Origin: Armatimonadota bacterium
GTDB taxonomy: Bacteria; Armatimonadota; SYMT01
Direction: 5' to 3'
Assembly (NCBI GenBank): GCA_041690135.1
Contig: JAWLHY010000001.1
Location: 768,001-832,000 of the forward strand
Length of the DNA stretch: 64,000 bases
Positions 9,267 through 18,815 of the stretch are shown here, piece by piece. Each line of letters starts with the position of its first letter. Positions within the stretch are counted from its first letter, which is position 1. The notes under the pieces are model-generated. The model had not been told where the DNA came from. It worked only from the letters and a program-made list of their open reading frames with translations, and searched no databases. Position numbers and translations under genes: made by a program.

Positions 9267-10496
9267 ATGCCGATCGTCACCGTCATCGTACCGGTCTACA
9301 ACTCCGCCGCGCTCCTGCGGCGCTGCTTGACCGCCCTGCGAGCCTCGACCTACTCCGCCCTAGAAATCCTCGTCGTCGACGATGCCTCAACCGATGAGAG
9401 CCCCGAAGTCGCACGCGAGTTCGGAGCGCGGGTCGTAACGCTCAACGGCAACCGGGGACCGGCCTATGCCCGCAACCGCGGGGCGGAGGCGGCGGGAGGC
9501 GAACTCCTCTTCTTTATCGACGCGGACGTCTGCGTCCATCCCGACACCGTGGAACGCGCGGTGCGGGTGTTTCAGGAGAAGCCCGACGTCTCCGCGTTGA
9601 TGGGCTCGTACGATAACCAGCCCGGCGATCCGTTCTTCCTTTCCCAATACAAGAACCTGTTCCACCACTACGTCCACCAGCGGGGCCGGCACGAGGCTTC
9701 CACCTTCTGGAGCGGCTGTGGCGCGATCCGCCGGGAAGTGTTCCTGGACATGGGCGGCTTCAACGAGGGTTACGGTCGCCCCTGCATCGAGGACATCGAG
9801 CTGGGATTCCGGCTGCGCGCGACCGGGCACCGGATCCTGCTGGAGCGCTCGGTGCAGGCGACCCATCTGAAGCGCTGGGGGTTTGTGAACCTCATCCAGA
9901 CGGAGATTTTCGGACGCGGCGTGCCGTGGGTGGCGCTGATGCTGCGCGACCGCAGCACCGTGCACGATCTGAACCTGAGCTGGCATTCACGGGTTGGCAC
10001 CGTGCTCGCTTACTTGCTACTGCTGTGGGTCGGCTGGATGGTGGTGTCCGGGCAGGCCCTGGCGGCTCTTCCCGTGCTGGCGGTGATCGGGCTGGGGACG
10101 GCGAGTGTGCTGCTCCATGACCGGACGGACCGCCGGACCTGGCGGGAGTTGACCGTGATGGGAATTGCCGTGACACCCCTGATCGTGTGGGCCGTGAACG
10201 CGCTCACCCCCGCGGCGGCTCCAGGATTGGCGCTGCTGGTGGCGATCCTCGCCATCCACGAGGACTTCTACCGCTTCTACTGCCGCACCCGCGGGATCTG
10301 TTTCGCGGCGGGGGTGGTGCCGCTGCACCTGCTGTTCTTCCTGTACAGCGGCCTCTGCATTCCGCTGGGGATTGCGACGCATTACCAGGATCAGCGGCGC
10401 GCCCGCAAGTGGGCGACCGGTCCCGGAGCGATCCCCACGGCCCCGCTTCGCCCTATCAGCGCGGAGACGCTGAAGCGCAGGTCCCTCGCAGGGTAG
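9267..10496 (+). CDS. Family 2 glycosyltransferase with C-terminal TM helices
   Basis: Motifs VIVPVYN, VVDDASTD, GPAYARNRG, FIDAD, EDIELGFRL. An alternative TTG start at 9225 has a GGAGG RBS. Confidence 0.9.
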   Translation: MPIVTVIVPVYNSAALLRRCLTALRASTYSALEILVVDDASTDESPEVAREFGARVVTLNGNRGPAYARNRGAEAAGGELLFFIDADVCVHPDTVERAVRVFQEKPDVSALMGSYDNQPGDPFFLSQYKNLFHHYVHQRGRHEASTFWSGCGAIRREVFLDMGGFNEGYGRPCIEDIELGFRLRATGHRILLERSVQATHLKRWGFVNLIQTEIFGRGVPWVALMLRDRSTVHDLNLSWHSRVGTVLAYLLLLWVGWMVVSGQALAALPVLAVIGLGTASVLLHDRTDRRTWRELTVMGIAVTPLIVWAVNALTPAAAPGLALLVAILAIHEDFYRFYCRTRGICFAAGVVPLHLLFFLYSGLCIPLGIATHYQDQRRARKWATGPGAIPTAPLRPISAETLKRRSLAG

Positions 10497-10538
10497 CCCC
10501 GAGCAGCAAGCGAGAAACGGTTTGAGGAGAGAAACTAC

Positions 10539-11999
10539 GTGAACCAGGATATCGTGATCATCGGCGGCGGGCCGGCCGGGCTGACCGCAGCGTACCAATT
10601 GTCCAAGGAAGGCTGCCGTACAACCGTCCTCGAGAAGGACGACGTCGTCGGGGGCATTTCGCGGACCGTGAATTATCGCGGCTTCCGCTTCGACATCGGC
10701 GGCCACCGCTTCTTTACCAAGATTCCGGAAGTGCAGGCCGTATGGAACGAGCTGCTCAAGGACGAGTTCATCACCCGTCCGCGGCTCTCGCGGATTTACT
10801 ACCGGAACAAGTTCTACCAGTACCCGCTGAAAGGGTTCGAGGTAGTCCGCAATCTCGGCCCGATCGATACGGTGGCGGTGTTGGCCAGCTACGCCTGGAC
10901 GCGCGCCTTCCCGTACAAGGAAGAAGTGAATTTCGAGCAGTGGGTTTCCAACCGGTTCGGTAAGAAGCTCTACTCGATGTTCTTCAAAACGTACACCGAG
11001 AAGGTGTGGGGCATCCCCTGCACGGAGATCGGGGCCGAATGGGCGGCGCAGCGGATCCAGGGTCTTTCGCTGGCCACCGCGGTCAAGAACGCACTGCTGC
11101 CGGCTCGGGCAAACGGGCAAGTTATCAAGACGCTCATCGACAAGTTCGAGTACCCGCGCCTGGGGCCGGGGCAGATGTGGGAGCGCGCCCGGGATATCGT
11201 CCGGGAGCGCGGCCACCGGGTGTTGATGAACCGGGAAGTGGTGCGCATCAACCACGCTCAGGGCTGGATCCATTCCGTGACCGTGGCGGACCCGGACGGG
11301 CGCCAGGAGGAGCTGCCCGCCTCGCAGGTGATCAGCAGCATGGCGCTGGCGGACGTTATCCGCTTCCTCAGCCCGGCTCCGCCGGCGGAGGTGTTGGAAG
11401 CGGCCCACCGGCTGCGCTACCGCGACTTTCTCACGGTGGGCCTGGTGGTCAACCAGCCCAAGCTGTTCCCGGACAACTGGATCTACGTCCACTCCCCCGA
11501 GGTACGCCTGGGACGCATCCAGAACTTCAAGAACTGGAGCCCCGAGATGGTTCCGGACTCCAGCAAGAGTTGTCTGGGGCTGGAGTACTTCGTGTGGGAA
11601 GGCAACGACCTCTGGACGATGCCGGATGAGCAGCTCATCGAACTGGGAGCCCACGAGCTCGAAAAGTTAGGCCTCGTCTCCCGAAAAGATGTCTGCGATG
11701 GAGCGGTAGTCCGGATGCGGCGTGCCTACCCGGTCTACGACGGCCAGTACAAGTCGGCACTCGCCACGATCCGCGGCTACCTGCAAACCCTGCCGAACCT
11801 GCAGCAGGTCGGGCGTAACGGACAGCACCGCTACAACAACCAGGACCATTCGATGATGACCTCGATCCTGGCCGTGGAGAACCTGTTCGGCGCCCAGCAC
11901 GACGTCTGGAACGTGAACGCGGACCAGGAGTACCACGAGACGGTCGAACGCGCGCAGCCGCGGCGGCTGGTGCAAGAGGAACTTCGGAAAGCGGCTTAG
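10539..11999 (+). CDS. NAD(P)/FAD-dependent oxidoreductase (protoporphyrinogen oxidase/UDP-galactopyranose mutase-like family)
   Basis: Motifs IIGGGPAGLTAA, FDIGGHRFF, YTEKVWG, WAAQRI and GRNGQHRYNNQDHSM. Confidence 0.85.
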   Translation: MNQDIVIIGGGPAGLTAAYQLSKEGCRTTVLEKDDVVGGISRTVNYRGFRFDIGGHRFFTKIPEVQAVWNELLKDEFITRPRLSRIYYRNKFYQYPLKGFEVVRNLGPIDTVAVLASYAWTRAFPYKEEVNFEQWVSNRFGKKLYSMFFKTYTEKVWGIPCTEIGAEWAAQRIQGLSLATAVKNALLPARANGQVIKTLIDKFEYPRLGPGQMWERARDIVRERGHRVLMNREVVRINHAQGWIHSVTVADPDGRQEELPASQVISSMALADVIRFLSPAPPAEVLEAAHRLRYRDFLTVGLVVNQPKLFPDNWIYVHSPEVRLGRIQNFKNWSPEMVPDSSKSCLGLEYFVWEGNDLWTMPDEQLIELGAHELEKLGLVSRKDVCDGAVVRMRRAYPVYDGQYKSALATIRGYLQTLPNLQQVGRNGQHRYNNQDHSMMTSILAVENLFGAQHDVWNVNADQEYHETVERAQPRRLVQEELRKAA

Positions 12000-12107
12000 C
12001 GACGGGGGAGCCGGGGGGCCGGTTCCGCGGGCGTCCGGAAGCGACGGGTCTTTCCGGTGTCCGGGGCGCCACGTCGACGCCTGCCCCACCCGCTCCCGGA
12101 GGTGAAA

Positions 12108-13685
12108 ATGCAACCCCTACAGGATACGAGCGCGCGCCGCCAGCTGCTGATCGGGTTAGACGCGGCGGAATGGGAACTGGTGAGCCGGTGGGCCGCGGAA
12201 GGCAAGTTGCCCGCCTTCCGCCGGCTCATCGCGGAGGGCAGTCGCAGCGTGCTCTCCACCACGGCAGAGCAGCTACCCGACACGGTGTGGTACTGCATTT
12301 ACACGGGGACCAACCCGGCGAAACTGGAGAAGTTCTTTTACGTCCAGTACGACCCGACCACACATGGTCTCCGGTACATGACCGATGATGAGATTCGCCG
12401 GCCGCCCTTCTGGGATTTCCTGGGAGCCGCGGGCCGGCGCGTCGGGATCCTCGACGTGCCGAAGTTCCCGGCGAGCCAGAGCGTCAACGGATTCCAGGTC
12501 ACCAATTGGGGCGCTCACGCTACGAAGACGGCGCGGATGTCGAACCCACCGGAGATCCTGAAACAGATCGACGAGCGGTTCGGTCCGCACCCCGTGGGAG
12601 ACTGCGATAAGGTCGACGGCAACCCGGAAGACCTGCGGGGCCTGCGGGAGCGGATCCTGGCGGGGGTGAAGCTCCGTGGGGAGGTCACCCGTGCCCTGAT
12701 GGCGGAGCAGTCATGGGATGTCCTCTTCACGGCCTTCTCCGAGCCGCACTGCGTCGGCCACCACTTCTGGGGGCTCCAGGACCCGACCCGACCCGAGTAC
12801 GATCCGGAGGATCGCCACGGGCTCCGGGATACGATCGAGCAGGTCTACCGGGCTATCGACCGGGAGATCGGCCTGATGCTGGACCTGGTCGGGGACGACA
12901 CCCTGTGCATGGTGTTTTCCGGGCATGGCATGGGGCCGATCTACCACGCTTCCTGGAACCTGCCGGAGATGCTGGACCTGCTCGGCTACGGCCAGAGTCC
13001 GGCCACCTCCGTGGCGGTCACCGCGGAGACGCGGAAAGCCCGTGTCAACCCCTGGCGTATCCTGAAGATGGTCGTGCCCGGATGGCTCCAGTACCGGATC
13101 AAGGAGATGCTTCCGCAGGCGCTGCAGGAGAAGCTGCTCTTCCAGTGGTACACGGGCGGGCAAGACTGGAAAGCCTGCCGCGCTTTTGCCATCCCGAACA
13201 ATGACTCCGTGGGCGCCATCCGCGTGAGCGTGCGGGGCCGGGACAAGCACGGACTGGTGGAGCCTGGGGAGGAGTACCGGGCCGTCTGCCGCGACATCGC
13301 CAATGCGCTCTACGAATTGCGCGATCCGGCTACCGGTCGCCCGGTCGTCCGGCGCGTAACGCTGACCCATGAGGTGTTCCACGGCCCGTTCCTGGAGCAA
13401 CTGCCGGATCTGACGGTACTGTGGGATCAGACCTTTGCCTGGCATTCCGTGCAGTCTCCGCGCATCGGCACGCTGGAACTGCGCCCACAGGATGGTCGCA
13501 GCGGCAGCCACACGCCGCGAGGCTTTCTGCTGGCGCGCGGTCCGGGCGTGAGCCCGGGTGTCGAGCTCAAAGGCGGGAGTATCTTCGATATCGCTCCCAC
13601 CGTGCTCCATAACGCCGGTGTTCCCACGCCGGAAGATATGGACGGCCAACCACTGCCGATCCGCACCCCGGCGGTGGCCGCATGA
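12108..13685 (+). CDS. Alkaline phosphatase superfamily protein (nucleotide pyrophosphatase/phosphodiesterase-like)
   Basis: Motifs LIGLDAA, W..IYTGTNP, EPHCVGHHFW, FSGHGM, SGSH...GFL and IFDIAPTVL...DMDG. Confidence 0.8.
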   Translation: MQPLQDTSARRQLLIGLDAAEWELVSRWAAEGKLPAFRRLIAEGSRSVLSTTAEQLPDTVWYCIYTGTNPAKLEKFFYVQYDPTTHGLRYMTDDEIRRPPFWDFLGAAGRRVGILDVPKFPASQSVNGFQVTNWGAHATKTARMSNPPEILKQIDERFGPHPVGDCDKVDGNPEDLRGLRERILAGVKLRGEVTRALMAEQSWDVLFTAFSEPHCVGHHFWGLQDPTRPEYDPEDRHGLRDTIEQVYRAIDREIGLMLDLVGDDTLCMVFSGHGMGPIYHASWNLPEMLDLLGYGQSPATSVAVTAETRKARVNPWRILKMVVPGWLQYRIKEMLPQALQEKLLFQWYTGGQDWKACRAFAIPNNDSVGAIRVSVRGRDKHGLVEPGEEYRAVCRDIANALYELRDPATGRPVVRRVTLTHEVFHGPFLEQLPDLTVLWDQTFAWHSVQSPRIGTLELRPQDGRSGSHTPRGFLLARGPGVSPGVELKGGSIFDIAPTVLHNAGVPTPEDMDGQPLPIRTPAVAA

Positions 13686-15040
13686 CGGTGCTTCAGGACT
13701 CGCCTCGCAGGGTGGGACCGGCGGAAGTGGAGGACGGAATAGCTCCCCCACTTCCGCCGGCGCCGGCGCCGCGAAAACCCGTGACCGACCTCTCGTGGGT
13801 GATGGGCGGAAAGTTGGTGCTGATGGGCAGCAACGCGGTGTTGATGCTGCTGCTGGCCCATTACATGAACCTGGTGGCGTACGGCGTATTCGTGACGGCG
13901 ATCGGCTGCCAACTGCTCGTCAGTCGCGCGCTCCTGGTCGGCGTGGACTATGGGATCATCCGGCTGCGCACCATGCCGGAGTTGCGAGATTTGCACACGG
14001 AAGTCACCCACGCGGGCCTGGTGATCGTGGGCGGCACTTCGCTGCTGCTGCTCGCGGGTGGGGCACTCGGGATTCCGGTGCTCGAGTGGATTCGACCCAA
14101 CGGTTGGTTTACCTGGGCCGCGCTCTCGGTGGTGCTGGGCGCCATCGGCACGGCGATGGTCGATTACGGCCACTACTACCGGCTCTCGCGCCTCCAGTAC
14201 CGCACCGCCGTAAGCTTGCAGGCAGGCACCGCCTTGCTGCGCCTGCTGCTTACGGGGTCAGTCGCCATGATCCTGTCCAGCCCTGCCCAGGCCGTATTCC
14301 TGGTATATCCCGCGGCCGCGCTACTCGTGGGCCTCGGGCACGCCGGCTTTCTTCTTCGGGGAGAGCGCCTGCGGGTGAGCCGGGAAATGGTGAAACGAGT
14401 TGTGCGCTACTCCGCCTGGCAGGGGGCCACCAATCTCGCCATCGTACTTAGCCAGCACCAGGGGACGTTCTTACTGATGCTGCTGGGCATGCGCAAACCC
14501 ACGGGGGTGTATGGCGCGGCCCTGACCCTGGGCCTGGGCTTTTTCGCCATCTACAACGCCTATAGTGAGTTCCTCTTTCCACGGATGATGCGGGTCAAGG
14601 TCCTCACGGACCTGCCGCGCTTTCTCCTGCGTTCGCTCGGCGCGGCCGCGGGGCTCTGCCTCGCGCTTATTCCGCTGGTGATCGGCGTCGGATACTTCGG
14701 CTCCTTCTTCTTCCGTCCGGAGATGAAACAGGCCGTGCCCGCCTTTTACTGGCTGGCGGCCGCCATGCTTTTGCTGGTGCTGCAGGCTCCCCTGGAAGCC
14801 GCCTGCCACTACCTGATGCGACCCCAATTGCAGACGGCCAGCCTGCTCCTTCGTGTCGTGAGCATTGCTATTCTGGGCAGTGCCCTGGTGCCGGAGCGGC
14901 GGAGCCTGGGGGCGGCAATGGCGCAGTTCGGGGGGACCGCCATCGCCATGGTGGTGCTGGCTGTCGCGCTCTTCTGGAGTTATCACGAGGCGCTCCGGAT
15001 GGTGGAGAAGGGGCTTCCCACCGGCGAGAGCCCATCCTGA
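13682..15040 (+). CDS. Wzx-like oligosaccharide flippase (MOP superfamily)
   Basis: About 12 hydrophobic segments with YG and GVYGAA motifs; ATGA-coupled inside a glycosylation locus. Confidence 0.7.
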   Translation: MTVLQDSPRRVGPAEVEDGIAPPLPPAPAPRKPVTDLSWVMGGKLVLMGSNAVLMLLLAHYMNLVAYGVFVTAIGCQLLVSRALLVGVDYGIIRLRTMPELRDLHTEVTHAGLVIVGGTSLLLLAGGALGIPVLEWIRPNGWFTWAALSVVLGAIGTAMVDYGHYYRLSRLQYRTAVSLQAGTALLRLLLTGSVAMILSSPAQAVFLVYPAAALLVGLGHAGFLLRGERLRVSREMVKRVVRYSAWQGATNLAIVLSQHQGTFLLMLLGMRKPTGVYGAALTLGLGFFAIYNAYSEFLFPRMMRVKVLTDLPRFLLRSLGAAAGLCLALIPLVIGVGYFGSFFFRPEMKQAVPAFYWLAAAMLLLVLQAPLEAACHYLMRPQLQTASLLLRVVSIAILGSALVPERRSLGAAMAQFGGTAIAMVVLAVALFWSYHEALRMVEKGLPTGESPS

Positions 15041-15068
15041 CCAGGCGCGGGGAGATCTCGGAGACAGT

Positions 15069-16910
15069 ATGTGCGGAATTGCGGGAACGGTACGGATGGG
15101 AGACCTGGCGCTCGTACGCCAGATGACGGACATGATGGCCTACCGGGGCCCGGACGACTCGGGGCTCTATGAGGATGGGGAGGTCCGGCTGGGGCACCGG
15201 CGGCTGAGCATTATCGACCTCTCCCCCGCCGGCCATCAGCCGATGGAGTCGGAAGACGGCTCCCTGGTGGTGGTATTTAACGGAGAGATCTACAACTTCC
15301 TGGAACTGCGGGCGGACCTGGAGAAGAAGGGCTACCCGTTCCGCACCGGAACGGACACGGAAGTCATTCTCTACGCCTATGCAGAGTATGGGGTCGACTG
15401 CGTGGCGCACCTGGAGGGGATGTTCGGCTTAGCTCTCTGGGATCGGAAGCGAAAGCAACTTCTCCTGGCGCGCGACCGAACCGGGATGAAGCCCCTGTTC
15501 TACACCCAGGACGGAGACGGTCTGGCATTTGCCTCGGAGTTGAAGCCACTCCTCTGCCTTCCCAATCTGGACCGGCGGGTCAACCGTGCCGCCTTGCGCT
15601 CGGTGGTCCGTTATGCCAGTAACCTGGAGCAAGAGTCGCTCCTGGCCTCCGTCTACAAATTGCCGCCGGGCCACCGGCTGGTGTGGCGGAACGGAACCTG
15701 CGACCTCTCCCCCTACTGGATGCACCCCCTGCCGAGCCCGGAGCCCTGGTCCGAGGAAGTGCTGGTCCGAGAGCTCCACGATCGGTTGGCGGAGGTGGTG
15801 AAGTTGCACCTGATCAGCGATGCGCCGCTGGGGGCGGCCTTGAGCGGGGGGCTCGACTCCAGCGGGATCGTCGCCATGATGGCGCGGGAAGCGCCGGGGC
15901 AGATCGATACCTACACGGTGGGTTTCGGCGCCGACGACCCGGACCTCGTCGGAGCGCGGCGGGTCGCCGAGCACTGTAAGACCCGCCACCACGAGATCCT
16001 GGTGCAGGCGCAAAACATCAGCGAGATGCTCCCGCGCGTCGTCTGGCACCTGGAGGAGCCGCTGGGCCAGATGGAGACGATTCAAATGTACGCCAACTAC
16101 CGGGAAGCATCCCGGCAGGTTCGCGTACTCCTGGTAGGCGAGGGCGCGGATGAGTGCTTTGCGGGTTACCAGCGTTATAAGATGCTCCACCCCCGGTTGC
16201 CGCTGCCCATGTCCGTGCGGAAGGACCTTTACGAACAGGTCTACCAGCATAATGACTCCCCTACGCGGACACTCGCGGGGCGGTTCGTTTCCCGCTGTGT
16301 CTGGCGTGACACGCCGCTCTCCCCCCTGCCGGATCCCACGCCGCGGTTTACCGGGCCGCTGGGCGACGTGAAACACAGTGGGCACGCCATCGAGCGCGCG
16401 CTCGCCTTCGACCAGCGGACTATCCTGCCCCACCTTTACCTCAAGCGCGCCGATGCCCTGGGGATGGCCCATTCCCTGGAACTGCGGGTGCCGTTTATGG
16501 ACCGCAAGATCGTTGAGCTGGCGGCACGGATTCCCGGAGAAATGCTCTTGCGCCGCGGCGTGGAGAAGTACATTCTCCGCCGGGCGTTCGCCCCATTGCT
16601 TCCGGAGGAGATCACCTGGCGGAAGAAATACCCACTGCAGATGCGGGTGAATCGAGGCCTGGTGGCCACCCTGGATGACATGTGCGACCTTTTGCTGCGC
16701 CCGGAAGACGTGCGGGCCCGCGGGTTCTTCGACCCGGACCGGGTAGAGCAACTCCGCCGGCGGCGACCCTCCCCCACTGCTCCCCCACCCGCCCACAAGT
16801 TCTGGACGTGGCGCATCTGGTCGATGCTGTTGTGTGAGACCTGGGCACGGATGTTCCTCGATCGCCCGATTACCCCCACGCCTCCGGCCTCGCTGCGCGA
16901 GTTGGCCTGA
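15069..16910 (+). CDS. asnB: Asparagine synthase-like glutamine-dependent amidotransferase
   Basis: Ntn start MCGIAG, then RGPD, LGHRRLSIIDLS..GHQPM, FNGEIYN, LSGGLDSS, GEGADE and HSLELRVPF. Confidence 0.92.
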   Translation: MCGIAGTVRMGDLALVRQMTDMMAYRGPDDSGLYEDGEVRLGHRRLSIIDLSPAGHQPMESEDGSLVVVFNGEIYNFLELRADLEKKGYPFRTGTDTEVILYAYAEYGVDCVAHLEGMFGLALWDRKRKQLLLARDRTGMKPLFYTQDGDGLAFASELKPLLCLPNLDRRVNRAALRSVVRYASNLEQESLLASVYKLPPGHRLVWRNGTCDLSPYWMHPLPSPEPWSEEVLVRELHDRLAEVVKLHLISDAPLGAALSGGLDSSGIVAMMAREAPGQIDTYTVGFGADDPDLVGARRVAEHCKTRHHEILVQAQNISEMLPRVVWHLEEPLGQMETIQMYANYREASRQVRVLLVGEGADECFAGYQRYKMLHPRLPLPMSVRKDLYEQVYQHNDSPTRTLAGRFVSRCVWRDTPLSPLPDPTPRFTGPLGDVKHSGHAIERALAFDQRTILPHLYLKRADALGMAHSLELRVPFMDRKIVELAARIPGEMLLRRGVEKYILRRAFAPLLPEEITWRKKYPLQMRVNRGLVATLDDMCDLLLRPEDVRARGFFDPDRVEQLRRRRPSPTAPPPAHKFWTWRIWSMLLCETWARMFLDRPITPTPPASLRELA

Positions 16911-17004
16911 TCGGCTGGGTCCGGCAATCTTCACCGCCGATTCCCTGCTGGTGTGGGAGAAGCGGTGCTCAAAAACCTACCCTTGCTGCATAGTGAAAGG
17001 CGTT

Positions 17005-18432
17005 ATGCGCAAACTTAAACCGAGCCCTGGCCTGCTTGTCCTTTTGATGGTTGCAATCCTTACGGGATACTGCCTGATCTGGCGTGAGTGCCAGGTGACG
17101 ACGGACTCCCGCGAGTACCTGGCCATCGCACGCGATTTGATGGAAGGGCGGCCGGTCGACAGCACCCTGCGCACTCCGGGATACCCGGCGTTTCTCGCAC
17201 TTTGTTTCCGCGCGGCGGGGGGAGAGAACCTCACGGTAGTGCTGGTGGTTCAGGCGATTCTCCACGCCCTCACGATCCTTTGCGTATTCCGATTGGCCTG
17301 TCGCCTTACGGGAAGTTTCGCGCTGAGTGCGGTGGTCGGCGGAGCCTTATTGCTGCCCAACTTTACACTGGGGATCCCATCGCTTCTGACAGAGGAACTC
17401 GCGGTTTTTCTGCTGGCGGCCACCCTACTTGTGCTGTTAGAGGCGATTCTGCGCAACTCACCGGGTCTGGCAGGTCTGGCCGGATTGCTGGGCATCGGTC
17501 TGGCCCTTACCCGGCCTGCCTACCAGATGCTGGGTCCCCTACTTCTCTTCGCCTGCGCCTTCGTGCTGATTCGGCAGGAAGGATGGCGCACGGGATTGTG
17601 CCGCCTGGCTCTCGGGGTGCTGCCCTTCGTCATCGTGCTGGGCGTCGGCGCGGGAATCTGGTCGGAGCGGAACTATCGGGTTCATGGGTTCCGGGGTCTC
17701 ACCTGCGCGGCGGGGTACCACCTGACCACCCGCACGGTCTCCTACCTGGAACGCGCGCCGGACCGGTGGGCGGTGGAGCGCGAGATCCTGATCCGGGTGC
17801 GAGACCGCCACCTGGTTCGCCGCGGCGGGACGCACACGGGGCTGCTGACCGCCTGGAGCGCCACCAAAGATCTGCGGGCAGCCACGGGGCTGGATCAGGC
17901 CGGGATCTCCAAGCGGCTCCTCGCCATGAACAAGGAACTCATCCTGGCCGCACCGCTCAACTACGTCGGCGAAGTGGCCTTCTCCGCGGTGCGCTACTGG
18001 ATGCCGCCGGTCGTGCGTGGAATCATGCCCCGCGACCGCACGCAGCAGTTGCCCTACATGTTGATTCACCTGATGTATACGGTGGCCGTGATCTACTTGA
18101 TGGCTGTTACCCTCACGGCGGCCACCCTCACCCCGGCAGCCCTACGTTTCCTCAATCCGGCGCAGCACCTGGCGACGGTAATGCTCTGGACCACGGCCCT
18201 TTACGCCTGGGCTATCACCTGCCTGGTGGAGACCGGCGGTCCACGGCACCGCTCGCCGACGGACTTCTGCTGGCTCCTACTCGTTGTGGGTCTGGTACCT
18301 CTGGTGCGCGCGATCCGCCATCGGGAATCCGAACCTGAGAGCGTACCACTGCCGGCTCCGGACCCGGAACCGGTAGCCGCCCGACCCGCAGCCATTCCGG
18401 TGCGAGAAGGACGCGTTCCCACCCGAGCTTGA
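17005..18432 (+). CDS. GT-C fold membrane glycosyltransferase (ArnT/PMT-like)
   Basis: TM1 followed by DSREY...RTPGYP, then LTEEL and LTRP motifs; multiple TM helices. Confidence 0.7.
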   Translation: MRKLKPSPGLLVLLMVAILTGYCLIWRECQVTTDSREYLAIARDLMEGRPVDSTLRTPGYPAFLALCFRAAGGENLTVVLVVQAILHALTILCVFRLACRLTGSFALSAVVGGALLLPNFTLGIPSLLTEELAVFLLAATLLVLLEAILRNSPGLAGLAGLLGIGLALTRPAYQMLGPLLLFACAFVLIRQEGWRTGLCRLALGVLPFVIVLGVGAGIWSERNYRVHGFRGLTCAAGYHLTTRTVSYLERAPDRWAVEREILIRVRDRHLVRRGGTHTGLLTAWSATKDLRAATGLDQAGISKRLLAMNKELILAAPLNYVGEVAFSAVRYWMPPVVRGIMPRDRTQQLPYMLIHLMYTVAVIYLMAVTLTAATLTPAALRFLNPAQHLATVMLWTTALYAWAITCLVETGGPRHRSPTDFCWLLLVVGLVPLVRAIRHRESEPESVPLPAPDPEPVAARPAAIPVREGRVPTRA

Positions 18433-18473
18433 GGATCGATCCTGTCGGAAACGCGTTCCAGATTGGGAAGACC

Positions 18474-18510
18474 GGGGTCGGAGGAGCACACGCTCCTCCG
18501 ACCCCTTTTT
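18474..18510 (+). terminator. Rho-independent terminator of the glycosylation locus
   Basis: 14-bp perfect stem GGGGTCGGAGGAGC/GCTCCTCCGACCCC with a 4-nt loop, followed by TTTTT. Confidence 0.85.
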
Positions 18511-18815
18511 CTTGCCTGGAATGTCTCACAGCCGCTAGGCACGGGGGTGCCTGATCGCTAACACATTGGCTGGACGGGCATTCGGCGAGCCGTAATATCG
18601 GGAAGGAATCGTTCGCGGGCCGTGCGCAAATCAGGCGACCGGCGGCATAGTGCTGCCATGAGACCGCTATGCGGTCGTCCTTCGAGCCGGCGTGTCCTAG
18701 GGTGCCTGGGGAGTGAACACCTCTCGCGGACCACAGGATGTTCCGGATGTATTCAACCCGCGGCGCTCGTGTCACCCTCCGGACTGCTTGCCGCGCCGCC
18801 GGGTGGAGTTTAGAA

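Noticed and set aside
10017-11654. 545-aa minus-strand ORF
   Set aside because: Antisense to the GT2 and FAD oxidoreductase genes; typical high-GC shadow.
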